A DNA stretch of 63,035 nucleotides, filler included, from Chiloscyllium plagiosum (GCF_004010195.1; 7 parts of one record of this genome joined end to end with filler, not necessarily neighbours in it); one strand, 5' to 3'. Shown: positions 1-13,872, counted from the whole stretch's first letter. A program made the numbers and translations. Notes: generated from the letters alone by a model not told the origin.

Positions 1-59
1 AGGGTCTTCCAAAACTTTACTAACTCATGATACCATGCCCTCATTGAGGTCATTCATGA

Positions 60-1100
60 AAAAATGAAAAGCAGCTGTTGCTGCAAAGCAGATCATTACT
101 GTGCACCACTAGTAGCTGAACTCCAGGATGAACATTTCCCATCAACCACATTCTGTGTCTCTTTCAGCTAGCCAATTTCTGATTCAAATCGCCCAGTTAC
201 TCTCAATGCCTCGCCTCCGCATTCAATGCAATAGCCACCGTAGCGAATTTGTCAAACGCCTTTCTGAAATCCATGTCCACCACATCAATCACTTTACAAT
301 CATCCACCTTGTCGTTCACTTGCTCACAGAACCGAATAAGGTTGGTGAGGCACGACCTACCCTTCACAAAACCGAATTGCCTACCCCTTATAAATTTATT
401 CATTTCTCGATGATTGTAAATAATATCTCTTACAATCCTTTCCAACACTTTACCCAAAAACGAAATAAGGCTCACTGCTCTTTAATTGCCACGGTTGTCT
501 CTATGACCCTTCTCGAACAAGGGAAGGGTTCGATTGCAATCCTCCAATCTTCTAGCACGAATCCTACAGAAAATGACGACATAAAGATCAAAGTCAAAGG
601 CGCTGCAATCTCATTCCTGGCTTCTCAGGGTATTTTCAGAACAATCCCATTTGGTCCAGTGGACGTACTTGCTTTCACAGTATGTAAAATTGCAAACACC
701 TCCTCCTTGAGAATCTCAATCCCTTCTTGGCTATTAGCCTGTATCTCACTTTTCTCCATGACAACATTTGTTCCTTCATGAATACCGAGGAGACATATTC
801 ATTTAGCGTTTCGCCTATCTCCTTTGACTCCACCCACAACTTCCTACTACTATCCTTGATTGATCCTAATCTTATTCTCGCCATTCTTTAAACCGATATA
901 CCAATAGAAAACCTTACACTTTTCATTCATCGAATCTGCCAACGGCATCTCATATCCCCTCAAGGCTCTTCTTACTTTTCTGTTTCGGGATTTCCTGGCG
1001 AACATTTAACTCTCAAGCGCTGGAACTGAACCTTCACGTGTCATTCTAAAATGAGCTTTCTCATTCCTCTTGACAGCATCTTCAACTACTTTAAAAAGCA
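60..1100 (-). mobile_element. CR1-clade LINE ORF2 fragment (decayed)
   Basis: Minus-strand translation KVLERIVRD..QFGFVKGRSCLTNLIRF..VIDVVDMDFRKAFDK and EIGETLNEYVSSVF are CR1 RT-region motifs; frameshifted. Confidence 0.9.
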
Positions 1101-1465
1101 CGGCTCCCTCTTTGTACAGCTTGCTCCCTGATAGAAGCCTCACTCAATTTCATATCCAATTCAATAAGGAAGGCTACCGATTGATCTTTAATGATTCCTC
1201 TCCCACTTGGTGTAACACTAACTCTTCATCTCCACGAGTAAAACACAGGAACAGGAGAAGACCATTCAAACCCTGGAACCTCTCTCACCTTTCAACAGTA
1301 TCATTTGTTGCCTAGCAGCACATGTCTGCACTTAGGCCTCATCTTACTTTTAACGAGACAAATTCTCTCATATTTTAATCTGAAAATTTATGTAGCGTCT
1401 ACTGTGCAAGCGCCTACTGTGAGTGCAAGTCAATTTCATAACATCGACACACCCTTCTTTCATGT

Positions 1466-1780
1466 TTGTGTGCGTCTGTGTGTATGTGTCTGTGTTAGTG
1501 TGAGTGTGTGTGTGCTGGTGCGTCTCTGTGTTTATGTGGCAAGCGTGAGTGTCCATGTTCGTGGGAGTGTGTGTGTGATTGAGAGTGTAAGTATGAAATT
1601 GCATGTTGTTTGGATTCAGAGTGCGTGCACAAATGTGTTGTGTATGAGTGTGTAAGCGTAAATTGTGTGTGTCTGCGAGTGTGTGTATGCGAGTGCGTGT
1701 AAGAGAGTATGAGTTTAAGGAGAGGACGTGAGAGCGTGTGTACGTGACAGTGTGTGTGTGTATTTGTGTTTGTGTGTTGT
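1466..1780. repeat. Degenerate (TG)n microsatellite
   Basis: Long interrupted TG tract; produces spurious His/Thr and Cys/Val ORFs. Confidence 0.9.
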
Positions 1781-2289
1781 GGTTGGGGGTAATCTTTACC
1801 ATAAGGGACATGGGCCAAACTCTCAGGCTCTGTCTCAGCTGGATACTGCAATGGAATGACTGAACTTCACGTGCACACTCAGTGACTGCCACAGAGGTTG
1901 AGGAGAGAAAGTTCCTTGGAACTTGCAGTCATCTAAAATTGAAGGAGCAGAGAGCAGGAGGCGTAATTTGGCCCACTGTCTCTTTGCATTCTCTTAATTG
2001 AATTGCGAGATGATCTTCTCTCTCTCTCTCTGATGTACACTAAGTGGTGAAATAGGAGGAGTGCAATTGCTGGCCATCAGAGTCGAATAGTGTGGTGAAT
2101 GACCACGCTGTAATACTCACCCCACACAGATCGTAAGTGCCCGGAATTTTCATGGCTTTAGTGATCAGCTTCATGTGCTCTTTGACAAAATCCGTGCACT
2201 GTCAGAAACAAGATGTGGAGAAGAGGGAAAAGTGTCCAGCTGATTACATGCAGATGCATTTGAATATTCGAATTGTACCAGTGTCCACC

Positions 2290-2900
2290 ACTTCCACGAC
2301 TGGTTCGCTGCATACACGCACCGTCCTTTGTATGAAAACCTTCCCTCTCTCTTCTCATTTAAGTATTTTGCCTCTCAGCTTAACATTACGCTCTCTGGTT
2401 TTAGAACATCCCATTGATAGAGATGACAACGGCGATTCGCCTCATCTCTGCGCCTTATGATTTTACTACATTTATTTACGGTACCCAGTCGTCATCTTAA
2501 ACTCCAGGAAAAAAAAATCCCAACCACTCCAGCCTCACGTTATAACTCATACCTGCCAGTCTCGGTAACAGCCTTGTAAATCTTTCCTTGCTCCTTTTCA
2601 AATTAAATATTATCTTTCCTGCAGCAGAGTGAGAAGAATGGTGCACAGTTTACGAAAAGTGGCCTCACCAAATTCTCATAAAGCTCTAATATGACATCGC
2701 ATCTCCTGCATCCAATGCTCTGACCGATGTAGGGACGTGCACAAAAAAGACATTTTCATCACCCTATCTACCTGTGACAACATTTCAAGTAAATACGTAC
2801 CTGCACCCTTGGTCTCTCTGTTCGACAGCATTCCCCAGGCTCTACCATAAACTCTGTAAGTTCACCCTGGATTGTCTTCCCAACACCTCACGTCTCGACC
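2290..2900 (-). mobile_element. Old CR1 3' fragment
   Basis: Colinear similarity to the 3' part of the better-preserved copy at 35104-35800. Confidence 0.6.
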
Positions 2901-3399
2901 TGTTTAGCGTTTGCTCATTAATATATCCCTCCATACTAAGGGATCATCCCGGTGTACATTCCCTGAAATGCCTTCAAGGAAATGATATATATCCTTAAAC
3001 AAGCTCATTTCCTCCCGTTATGTTTTTCGCAGCACCTTCCATCTCATTCTTACTGGAACTCACCACCAAATTGGACTCATGAGGGAGGGAGTTGCAGACT
3101 TCTTGCTGCAGTGTTTCCATGCCTACACCTTCCATCCATTGCGAAAGGAGCTTAAGGGAGATGTCCTCACACAGGTGACAGGGCATTATTGACCAAATTA
3201 AAATTCAGAGACATGGGAGAGGTCCTGATTAAATAGGAAATGCTTCCTTGCAGGCATTGAATGCACCAATTCTCATATTTTATTTGAGTGCGGAGTGGAG
3301 GCGAGGGACAGTTTTTTTAAAGAGATCCAGACGAAGGAGCACAAAAAATGGTTCTCCCGCTGTGTACCTTCGGAAGTGCGTGCAATTTCAAGACACGTG

Positions 3400-3506
3400 G
3401 GGAAGATACAGTGAACTTGCTCGAGAAACTCAGCAACTCTGGAAGCAACAGTGGAGTCAGAGAATGTACGGTCAACGTTTCGGGTCCAGTGTACCCTCTT
3501 CAAAAC
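3400..3506 (-). mobile_element. PLE-derived terminal repeat half-element with hammerhead-like motif
   Basis: Minus strand gtt-TTGAAGA-GGGT-acactgg-ACCC-GAAAC-GTT-gac; same family as 11215-11315, 11810-11908 and 26284-26425. Confidence 0.7.
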
Positions 3507-4334
3507 ACAGGAGAAAGAGTCATTTTACAGCTATTTCCAATAATGCTTCCATCAAGACTTGCAACAATGAGCGTTGGCCGAGACTGGTTAAACAGATTAA
3601 CCCAGTCGGGGCTAATGGAAAGAGAATTAGGATTGGGAAGGGCAACACTGGGCAGCAAGATCTTTCATAAAGATTTCAGAAGTACTTTTCGCCTCTTTCT
3701 CTCTCTCTCTTTCCCAGTCTCACTTCCGAGCTAACTGCAAAGAAAGGTTCAGAGGTGGAAGAAACACGGTTTTTCTTGCTAACTGTAGAAAATTGAGTTG
3801 GAGGATCGAGAAGGATACCACAATCCAGGATTGAGGAGAGGAGTAATATCACTCCCCTTCGTCAACATCTTGATGATCACAATGTCTTGCGGTGATTTTC
3901 AATATGGGAAGCTCAGACTGGAACAGTCAGGATGCTTTGTGCCATTTGAACTGATGTGTTTCTTGTCTCTCCTGCATAGGGGCACAACTAGCCACAGGAG
4001 CTGTGGCTGCCTAGGGCTGAACAGATTCTGGCCTGGAAAATGCTTCCAGACAGACTGTTCAGGCCATAATGAGACTTCGCTTTCCTGAAATGCTGTTGGT
4101 AAAACCATGCCATTAGGCAATATATTATCTCTCCCAGACATGGAATCAGGGTAGTTGTCAGGCACAGTTCTCAGAACCCCTTACGTCAAAAGTAATACAA
4201 GAATGTTTGTTACTTGTGACTGCATTTTCGATAGTTTTGACAAGTTTTCAAATCAATGACATAGATTTCTGCTTTCTGTCTATGTGGGTGATACGAGACC
4301 GGCTGATTTGATAAAGCAGATTTGGTTGTTATTA

Positions 4335-4580
4335 ATTCCCTACAGTGTAAAGGGAACCCATTCAGTCCATCACATCTGCCGCAGGGCATCCCGCACTTTC
4401 CCTGTCACCCTGCATTTTCGGCCAACACACATAATCTGCACATCCTTGGACTGTCAGACGAAACCGGAGCACCTAATGAAACCTACACTGACACTGGGGA
4501 GAGACCATGCAAACAATCGCCGATGGCGAAATTGAAACTGTTCCATGTTGCTGTGCTTTAACAGTACTAAACACTGTGCC
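4335..4580 (-). mobile_element. Decayed HE1/V-SINE-type SINE
   Basis: Matches the intact copy at 51659-51970 (ccctacagtgt..ctgcacatccttggactgt..gaaaccggagcacc). Confidence 0.75.
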
Positions 4581-4994
4581 CCCTTGCGTTGACGACTTTC
4601 ACAATCTACAGTATATCCCCTCGTGTGGAATGCAGGGCTCGGTTGTGGAGTGGACACCAGACCCTGTCCAATTCTGACTCGGCCTCTGATCACTCACTTC
4701 CTCAGGATCAGGGCAAGCCTGTCGATAGACCTGCTTAAATTGGTGAGTTGCAATTAAAGCTGAATTGATTTCTCTCTGACCAGGCAAACGAGGAAGCTTT
4801 GCTGGGTTATGAGCTGTACCAGAATCTCGCATTATATGACTACAAACATCTAAGCATCCTAGAGAACCGTTAAATTAATGCAATTTTCCCATCGCTGACA
4901 CTGAGTAGGGAACATTTCAGGCTACACTTTGAGCAGCAAAAGAGCAGTAAATTTCCATCAGCATCAGAGCAGTGGGAAACGACAACTGCTGTTT

Positions 4995-5279
4995 GGCGGT
5001 ACGTTGGCACAGTGGTCACAGCGCCAAAGACCCGGGTTCAATTCCCGTCTTAGGCGACTGTGTCTGTGGAGTTTGCAAATTTTCCCTGTGTCTGCGTGGG
5101 TTTTCTAAAGGTGCTCGAGTTTCCTCTAACAGTCCAAAAATGCGCACGTTCGGTGAATTGGCTATGCTAAATTGCCCGTAGTGAAGGGGTAAATGTGAGC
5201 GAGTGGGTTGCACTTCGGCAAGTCGTTTTGGACTTGTTGAGTCGAAGTGCCTGTTTCCACATTGTAAGTAATCTAATCT
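4995..5279 (+). mobile_element. HE1/V-SINE-type tRNA-derived SINE
   Basis: A box TGGCACAGTGG, B box GGTTCAATTCC, central gtctgcgtgggttt domain, (AATCT)n tail. Confidence 0.9.
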
Positions 5280-6639
5280 TGTCACGGCATTTCCTAGACC
5301 CCTACACAGTGCTCCCCTTCTCTGTCAACGTATTAAAAAAGCTATTTTTTACAAAGAAGTCCGCATCTTACCTGGAGATAAGCAGAAAAGAAGGAGGAGT
5401 ACAAAGAGAGCCATCACTGTTTTCTGACTACCGAAACTACATGAACTCCTGTTTTTATATAAAAGGAAATAGCCCTGAACAAAGGGTTCACTGTCCAATC
5501 ACAGAATAGCGAGCATAGCAAAACAGGTGAGGTGCCCAATAGAAGCGCTGCCTTGTGTCCAAGACAACCATCCCTGACACCGACAGATTGATCTACGTTT
5601 GTCCGGTTTGAACTTTGCACCACATTTCGTCACTGCCTCGAAATTAAGACAATAAATTCTCGAAGAAATAGAGAGAGAAACAGAATTCCCGTTTGGATAT
5701 GGTGTGTATTTCCCTGCAAAGGGCGTACCCTATGCCAAACAATTACAGTCAATGATCCCATCGAGAAGGTCGCTCGCGGATCTGAAGACTGATTCGTAGA
5801 AATGACTGTTCCTACTATCAGTGACTGGCACTGAATTGGGTTTGGAGAGTTGGCACATTGGAGGAAACACCATGCACCCATCCTCATTTCACATACGTGA
5901 AAGGATTCGATCAGATAGAGAGCAAACATTATTCAACTGTGAAGGAGTAATCCTAGGCACACTTTGTTACAACTCTTCCAAGTCTATTCCTACATTTCCC
6001 ATCCATTTCCCAACTCTAAACTCATAAGGAAGGAATCTCTGATTCGGGACAGCCATAAGTCGTACTGTGTACTCGAAATCATCTGTGAATCTGATTTGCA
6101 AAATACTCCTTACACATTTATTGACATGCAGCAAGTGAGACCGATGAAAGTGAAATATTTTCAATTTGCAAACAGAGAAAACGTTCTGAAAAAGAATGGA
6201 GATGCTCAATCTCTTTCTCTCTCAACGGTTGATGCCTCACTTGCGAAGTCATTTTTTTCTGTTGCTGCCAGGTTAACCATACCGTGGATTGAAGCAAAGT
6301 TTGACACCGAAAATGGAACTGCAACAAAGTTGTTGTTTTGTCTGAGGATCTCAAAATATAACGCCTGAATAGCGCAAAGTGATGCACATTGCCTGTAAGT
6401 CGCTGAACGACCGGAGTTTGATTTGCATAAACACATTCCGTAGCATTTTGGTAAAACAACCGAGGGCAAGACTTATAAAAACACACATAGGGCTTTGGGG
6501 AGTGTTGTTGGACAGAGAAACAACGGTACAGGTGAATATTTCGTCCTGCAGAAATGTGTGACGTCCTGGTCATCGTCCATTAATGAGTATATGATTAAGT
6601 TTGAGAGGTTTCCAAAGCTTGCTGGAAATGAAATGTTTG

Positions 6640-7060
6640 AGTAATAAAGAGAGGAATGGATCTTTTCCACTGGAGCCTAGGAGTTATGGGGTGACCTTGA
6701 TAAATTCTTTCAATCATGAAGGGCACAGATAAGAAAACTGGCAGGTATCCTTCCCTAATGGTGGGGGATTTGAATGCTGAGGGTGTTTTTTTAACGTGAG
6801 TGGAGCAAATTTACAAAAAACATGAACGATATTCTTTTTTAAACAGCAAGTGATTCATGGGTGAAAATTAACTTCCAAAGCAAGTCTTAGATACGGGTAC
6901 AGGTACAACATTGAGAAGACATGTGCATCGATACATGCATAAGTAAAGTTTTAATGGGCTCTGAATAGGATTGGTCAGGTGGGAATAGTTTAGGTTGGGA
7001 TTATGTTTGGAATGACCTGCTTCGGCTCAGGTTCTGTTTCTATGCTGCATGACTCGATGC
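6640..7060 (+). mobile_element. CR1 3' end fragment
   Basis: ttttccactggagcctaggagttatggggtgacctt.. through the tail ggttctgtttctatgctgcatgactc, typical of a CR1 3' region. Confidence 0.7.
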
Positions 7061-7209
7061 CTTACACAGATTTTGAGAGGCCTTTGAATGAGCAGACAAA
7101 AGAAGGAGCTTTGTCCAGTGTTGCCAATTTTACCCTGAGGAGTCGCTTTGTTGCATTTGACTGTCACTGAACTTTTGTGGAAGAGAAACCAGCAATTGCA
7201 GCTCTTTAG

Positions 7210-8300
7210 AATGGTTTCCAATACTGTTGGGGGATGACTTACCAGAGGTAACCCATGCGTTTCAAATCTCTGGCACAGAGTCTGACCACTTTGCTCTGTA
7301 CGGAAGGTGGGAAAAGAAAAGCATCATTCATAAACGACTCCACAGCTGGGAGACAGACAGAAGGTTCTGTGCAAAAGAGAGAGACTCAATGTGGATATGT
7401 TGCCTCCAAGGTGCCAAATTTCAGGACGTCTCCGATCGTGGTTTTGGAATTCTTACTCGGGAGGGGGAGCAATCTCAAGTCTTGTTCCACATAGGCACCA
7501 ACGACATAGTGAGGAAAAGGAACGGCTAGATTATGGCATGTGAACTTACAACATGAGGTCGCACCTCGGATTTTGATGTTATGACAATTTCGGATATGTG
7601 GATAGAGCAGGGTCAGGAAAGAATGTTGCAGTTTCCAGGGTCAGAATAGGGAGGTGGTGAAAGAGAGGGAAGTGTGGCATTATTTGTCAAGCACAGTATA
7701 TACGGTAGCAAAACGGACATTTGATGAACACTCGACGACTGAGTTTTGTGGGCTGAGAATTGAAACAGAAAAGGAGAGGTTGGGAGTATTCTATGGGCCA
7801 CCGAAAAGTTCCAGTGACGTACTGGAAAGGTTTGCAAAGATGATTCTGGATAGCAGCAAATGTAACAGGTTACTTGTTATTGGGGACTTTAAATTTCCAA
7901 ATATCGACTGGAAACTCTGTAATTCGAATACTTTAGATCGTTCAGTTTTCGTCCAATGCATGCATAAGGGATTCCTGACCCAGTATCTGGACAAGCCAAC
8001 AAGAGATCAGGCTAAATTGGATTTGGTATTGGGTAATTAACCAGATATTAGTAGTGGAGATAGATGAGCACTTTGGTAATAATAATCGCAATTCGGTTCT
8101 GTTTATTTTAGCATTAGAAAAGGGTGATTATGTACTGAAAGGCAAGAGTTATAGCTCAGGGAAATGCAATTAAAATGGGAATGGCAAAATTTAGGATGCA
8201 TAGGATGGGGAAGGAAGTTGCAGGGGATGGGCAGAAATGAAATGTGGAGCTTGATTTAGGAAGAACAAATGGGTATTCTTGACAGGTCTCTTCCTGTATC
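7210..8300 (+). mobile_element. CR1 LINE ORF1 (SGNH esterase) plus ORF2 AP-endonuclease fragment, internally deleted
   Basis: CCLQGAKFQDVSDR..EGEQSQVLFHIGTND (ORF1 esterase), then LGVFYGPP..VIGDFKFPNIDW..PTRDQAKLDLVLGN (APE domain). Confidence 0.9.
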
Positions 8301-8449
8301 TATGGGATTAAAAGCAGAAACAATTCCATGCCCTCGGACCGACAATTGAGACAGATGGAGTCTGCAGTCCCAGCTCTTCAGAGCACAGGTGTGCTAACGG
8401 GAGCTGGTGCTGGGAATACAGTAGGTTATCAGCGAGGCTGAGTGAATCA

Positions 8450-8950
8450 TGGGTAATACAACTGGGTGATGAGGATCAGGCTAAGGGGACAGACAGAGGA
8501 GAAAGGGTTACCTCCCACAGTGCAAGAGGATGTGCGGTTTTTTCGATGTTAGGTGAAGGATCTCACCCAGAATGTTACATGATATTCTGACAGAATGAGG
8601 GGTGAGCGGAGGCAGAATATTCAATGGACGTTGGGCACGTTGGCACCAAGAATATGTGTGCAAAACAGGGGTGAGGACCTAAGGGCAGACAACAGCGTGT
8701 TGGGAAGCAAGCTCACCAGTGTGATCTCAAAGGGATTCACCTTAGGATGTAATACAGTGCCACGTGCCCTTTAGTGTTGAAACAGGAAGATATATCAGGC
8801 AACGGTATGGCCAAAGAGATGGCAGGAGAGGGAGAAAGAGTGGAGTGGACGAGGTTCTGATTCTGATTTCTTGCAGAGGAGGAATCAGTCCATACTGCAG
8901 CCATCAAAACTGGACAAGGACTGAGATCATTGGGGTCGCTGGGCGGTGAG
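8450..8950 (+). mobile_element. Old CR1 ORF1 esterase fragment
   Basis: Remnants of RGTDR, VKDLT, GE and HVGT motifs. Confidence 0.55.
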
Positions 8951-10409
8951 TTGGTTTTTCACCCAGGCATATACAAGGACAGTTTAGCTAGAATGGCAGG
9001 GTTTGCAGTGTTAGCGAACCAGGTAAGTATGGGCCACGGGAAATCAAAAAGTCAGGTTTTCAGACTAAACTGGACATTTTGCTTTATATAATGCGAGAAG
9101 CCGCTCTGAAGAGTTTCAATTTGTAATCCTCTGGCTTTAATGCGGACTGTGATTAATAATGCCCATTCATAATGTGAGTTTAGCCGTTTACTGTTGTTTC
9201 GTCAGAGTCTGTCAGATGATCTGCAGAAATCGAGGCCATTACCTTCGGTCTCGGCCTCGTTGAGCTGAAACGAGGGGAACCGTTGCCTGCAAGTCTGTTT
9301 TTGAGTGAGGCTGTTTGCTAGAGCAGTAGAGCTGGCGTTATCTGCGGTGGTTTGGATCCGCCTGTCGAGATGAGCAATGCAACAACACTCAGCGTGACTG
9401 GCCTAGTAAGGCACTGCGGGAAGAAACGTCTCTTACTCAGCGTTAAGTCATTTGCATAAGGAACAGCAAATTGAGCAAGGTGTCGAACAGACGTTTCGAT
9501 GACTCCTATCCATTTGCAATGTCATCAGTTTGCAAATAAAAAATCAGCGAGTGAATTTCGTTTCTAACCAGTAATGAAATCCAGAGGACAAGGCGAAAAT
9601 ATTCATGGAGATATTACTGCGTTAATTCACTTTGATAACGATCACATCAAATTCATTCAGATCTCCCCCACTCCCACACCCCCTCATTCTGTTGGAAAAG
9701 CTGCTATTTTGTTTCCCATGTGGAATGGACAAACTTGTATTCGTCCTAAAAAGTTTTAATGTCTTGACAATGTATCTCCGAAAGTCATTGAGAGCAGATA
9801 TTGGAAAGGTAAGATTTAAAGTGACAGAGCTTCATCCAAACTCAGGATGACTTTGGTACTAGCAACATTGTGTCAGAAACAAGAACCTATTTTAAGGCAT
9901 GCTTGGCCAATTTTTAAACTTTTCGATCTAATGTGTTCTGTTTTCCAAATATTAGTTGGATGCCTGAAATGTTTACTCCAACTCAATGACTATTGTTGCG
10001 GGTCAATATTTCAGTCACACTGTTTTCTTTTTTACTTTTCTGTGCTCTGAAAGTACTCCATAGAGGCCGGCATCCCACTACCCAGACACTCTTCAGGACA
10101 AGTGTGTAACACTTGACATAAGTTCGGCTTCCTCAAGCCAGATCTGAGAGGGAATAACCTCCCACACTTTAATTGTATCTGCCAGCCAATGATCGCTGAC
10201 TGAATCATTTTCAATCATATTCTATGAAGTTCACCTCGCTGGCCTAGTTTAAATCCCTACAAAACAATTACCATTAGCTATCCAAACATAGAAATGCCTC
10301 ATAAGCATCACACGTGGAAAAAAATCTAATTCCGTTGCATTGATTGTCTCACTTGCAATTGTAGTAGCAGGAAGAGGAACTCAACTTTTACCTGGCATAA
10401 ACAGAAAAA

Positions 10410-10474
10410 CAGAGAGAGAGAGAGAGAGAGAGAAAGAGAGGGAGAGAGGGAGAGAGAGAGAGAGAGAGAGAGAG
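10410..10474. repeat. (GA)n microsatellite
   Basis: Direct observation. Confidence 0.95.
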
Positions 10475-10789
10475 ACTTGTAGCCTTAACAACCACAACAG
10501 CGACAGAAGGCTGAAACTAAAACTGTGATTTTGTAGTATACCTCACACATATGGTTTCTTCTCTTGTATCAAAATAAAAACACGGGCACATACATGTTTT
10601 GTTTTTGTAGGTTTCAGGTAGAACATTCGCCACTTCTGTCTCAACTTCCATTTCTTTCAGAAAAAAGAAAATGCACCTGTCAAAGCCATAGCATAGCCCC
10701 TTTCTGGGATGGGTAAGGACAGAATATATTTGGCAAATATGATTGATGTAAGGCTTAGTGCGGATCCTGACGATGATGTTCTGAAATAT

Positions 10790-10858
10790 TTGTACGGTCG
10801 GTGTGGACTTGTTGGACCGAAGGTCCTGTTACAATGCTTTTGAGAATCTAATCTAATC
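10790..10858 (+). mobile_element. 5'-truncated SINE tail
   Basis: ggtcggtgtggacttgttggaccgaaggtcctgtt..aatctaatctaatc matches the SINE 3' end. Confidence 0.8.
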
Positions 10859-11214
10859 GGTATATACTGGTTCTCTTACGAAAATTATTTTGCCAGAATG
10901 TTGTTGCCATGTCTGCTTCAGAAGCAGTGTTTAACCAGCATTGAGCTCCTTGAATTGTTGTGTTTGCTGAATTGAATAAAAGCAACATTTGTGGGTGAAC
11001 TCAGGCTCACCGGGACACAGGTTTTATTTTTCTGTCAGTGTAAGTTGGGGTGGGATTTGGAGAGAGATTGAAGGTGATAGAAACAGACGTGTCTCTTTTG
11101 CTGAAAAGAATCATACGTACTCTCTCTGCTACTATAGAGTTTTTCTTATTTTGACTTTTCGTCTGTCCATGACTGAAGATAACAGGTTGAAAATAAGACT
11201 CTGGGGTTTTGGGA

Positions 11215-11315
11215 ACAAAAACAACAAATACCGGAAAACACAGCAGGGTTGGCAACACGTCTAGACAGTAACCAGAGTTAACGTCGCGTGTCCAGTCACA
11301 CTTCTTCGGAACTCA
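11215..11315 (-). mobile_element. PLE-derived half-element with decayed hammerhead motif
   Basis: Minus: gagtt-CCGAAGA-A-GTGT-gactgg-ACAC-GCGAC-GTT-aactc. Confidence 0.7.
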
Positions 11316-11809
11316 TTGTTTTTGGTGATGCTGCTACATTTTAACAGTTGAGGATTTATAGTTGTACAAAATATACGTTTGGTCAGCCATTTAATGGAGT
11401 GAATGTAATGCCAATTTTACATTCTTTGCTGTTTGTCAAGTTTTTCTTGAAAGTAGAAAGTGTATTTTCGTAAAGCATGATAAGTTGAAGAAAACAAACA
11501 CAACTTGAATGCTGTACCTTTTGTATGCTTTAAATCAATAAAGGTTAGGGTCGAGGGTATCTTCTTGGTATGTTTTGAACGGAGATTGTCCAGTTCATAA
11601 CAATTCTCACAGTTATCACTGGACTTGATTCTGAAGTTTCAATTTAATCAAATACGCATCAGACAAAATGTTGAAAATCGGAATGAGAAACTGCAGAAAG
11701 ACAATGGAATCGGTTTCACTCTGTGAGTGACTTCTCTACATTTGGCAAATACAACAATAACATATTTAAAAGAAATACAAAAGGTGTGTACTATCTGTAA
11801 AATAAAAAA

Positions 11810-11908
11810 ATTAAACAAAATCTGTTCGAGGAACTCGGCAATTCTGGCTGCATCTGTGGAGAGAAAGCAGAGGCAATGTATCGAGTCCAGTGACTCTTCA
11901 TCAGAAAC
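11810..11908 (-). mobile_element. PLE-derived half-element with hammerhead motif
   Basis: Minus: CTGATGA-A-GAGTC-ACTG-GACTC-GATAC-ATT. Confidence 0.75.
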
Positions 11909-12081
11909 GTCAATGACATAAGGAGAGACCATGAAGCTTCATGGTTGAGGGACCACTCCTTAACGCTATGTGCGTATTGTTCGGGAAGTTTTGACATCAA
12001 CTTCTGTTTTTATTTCTTGAGCAGTTATAACATATTTTTGAAAACGGAATCATATCAGCTGATGTAATGTTTTTGCTCAAG

Positions 12082-12416
12082 TAAGTGCAACGAATACCAA
12101 CGATGAGATACACAGCCATGATAGTGAGGATGTATTTCAATTGTATTCCAGGGCCCACTTGAATGGATCAGTTCAGAGGATCTTGTTGAACTATTACTAC
12201 CAGACAAGTAAAACAGCTGCTTACCCAAGAAATGGAACATGCAGTAATTAAGTGCAACGAATACCAACGATGAGATACACAGCCATGATAGTGAGGATGT
12301 ATTTCAATTGTATTCCAGGGCCCACTTGAATGGATCAGTTCAGAGGATCTTGTTGAGCTATCACTACTAGACAAGTAAAACAGCTGCTTACCCAAGAAAT
12401 GGAACATGTAGTAATT
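12082..12416. repeat. 167-bp tandem duplication (2 copies, about 4 substitutions)
   Basis: taagtgcaacgaatacc...gtaat at 12082 and 12249. Confidence 0.95.
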
Positions 12417-13124
12417 GGTGAGATAGAGCGCCGTCACTACCCGATTCTAGCAGCTGTTCGGGTCACTGGTAAGATCCTTTCTAAATTCCTAATGTTGAAC
12501 ATCGCTGTGAGTTTTGTATGTTCTTGTTAGCAGTTCTAATTGATTTATTTCACAACTCCGTGTTGTCCTTAACAATTGAGCCATGTGACTTACTCTGTCC
12601 ACAATGTTACATTGCTTTAGATTGCGTTGTATCCGCAACGAGTTTTACTTTGTTAATTTCTAGCATTTCGTCCAAGTTTAACAAAAGGTGGCATTTTTTT
12701 TCAAAAATGTGGTAGTTTTTGTTCTCTCGGGGTTGGTTTTGAGTCTTCAGAATTCTGGGCATCACAGGTTAATAAATGATTTTTTTTAAATAAAATGAAA
12801 TCATGAAGGCAGAGCTAGTTTCTTGATGAAAAATGAAGTGAAAGAAAAGCCGGGATATTCAGATATATTCAGGAATGTCGATATGAGGATAAAAGTGTGT
12901 GATTTATGAAATTATTGAATAGCAAAGCAGGCTCTAAGGGATAAATTAGCAACTTACGTATTTTTGGTTGTATGTTCTAAGGGTTGACGAAATGTGATTT
13001 TGCTTGTGTGCTTGTGTTGAGAAAAGGCTTCTGGAAAAGAGTCAGGGAGCGGAGAGTCATCATTTCTTTCTACTTTTTACTTGTTAGCCTGGCGATCAGA
13101 ATAAGAATGATCAATTACCTTTCG

Positions 13125-13441
13125 AGTGGAAGCAGGCAGTTAGGTCCATGGATCCACACCAATCATCCAAAGAATGTCCAACCTCGCTACCCAAAACCTG
13201 TAGCCCCGCATTTCACATGTCTCACACATCAACACTGCACAACCCTGGATATTATAGACTATTTGCCACGTGTAAACCAGGTTCTATGCACATCTTTGTA
13301 CTGTGGGAGGAAATCGGAGCTCTCAGAGGAAGTCCATGCAGACAAAGGGAGAATGGACAAACTTCGCGTGGTCGCCTGAGGATGAAATTGAACCGACGTG
13401 TCTGCACAGTGAAGCAGTGTTAACCATTGAGCCACTGTACC
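13125..13441 (-). mobile_element. Decayed HE1/V-SINE-type SINE
   Basis: ctgtgggaggaaatcggagc..aattgaacc..gcagtgttaaccattgagccac. Confidence 0.8.
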
Positions 13442-13872
13442 AAAAAAAAATCGTTTGATATAAATAATTTCAGGAAGAAAACTGTGTTTTCCAATCCCAA
13501 TATTATGCAGAGCAAGCTAGAAACCGTCTCACCCTACTCTGAGGCTTTTGTTTTCTTGGATTTAACAATATTGACCATCAATCTGATGTTGTATAATATA
13601 GTGCATAACTGAGCCTAAAACATATTGTCGTAAGACTTTAAATAAGGGGAAACAAAGATCAGATATTAATGAAAGATAGAAAGAGAATAAGGTCGAGCAC
13701 ATGCAGGCACAGAAATCGATCGGAAAGAAGTCAGAACAGGTGTGGATATGACTGGAGTGAGCATGATCGGTAACAGATTAAGAGAGATCAAACGATGAAG
13801 AGATCACACAGACAGAGTGAAGAAAGACACAGGAGGAGGTAACTGTGGGTTTGAAATGAGACTGTGTTTTGC

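Noticed and set aside
128..781. 217-aa plus-strand ORF (also 35615-36157, 36448-36981, 43083-43508)
   Set aside because: Antisense shadows of CR1 ORF2.
1305..1892. His/Thr- and Cys/Val-rich ORFs (also 25658-26059, 49889-50443)
   Set aside because: Translations of (TG)/(CA) microsatellites.
5305..5343. V(D)J recombination signal CACAGTG-23-AAAAAAGCT
   Set aside because: Nonamer matches only 6/9 and no V, D or J segment is adjacent.
6421..9457. Ig-type octamers ATTTGCAT at 6421 and 9450
   Set aside because: Expected by chance in 63 kb; no leader or V exon nearby.
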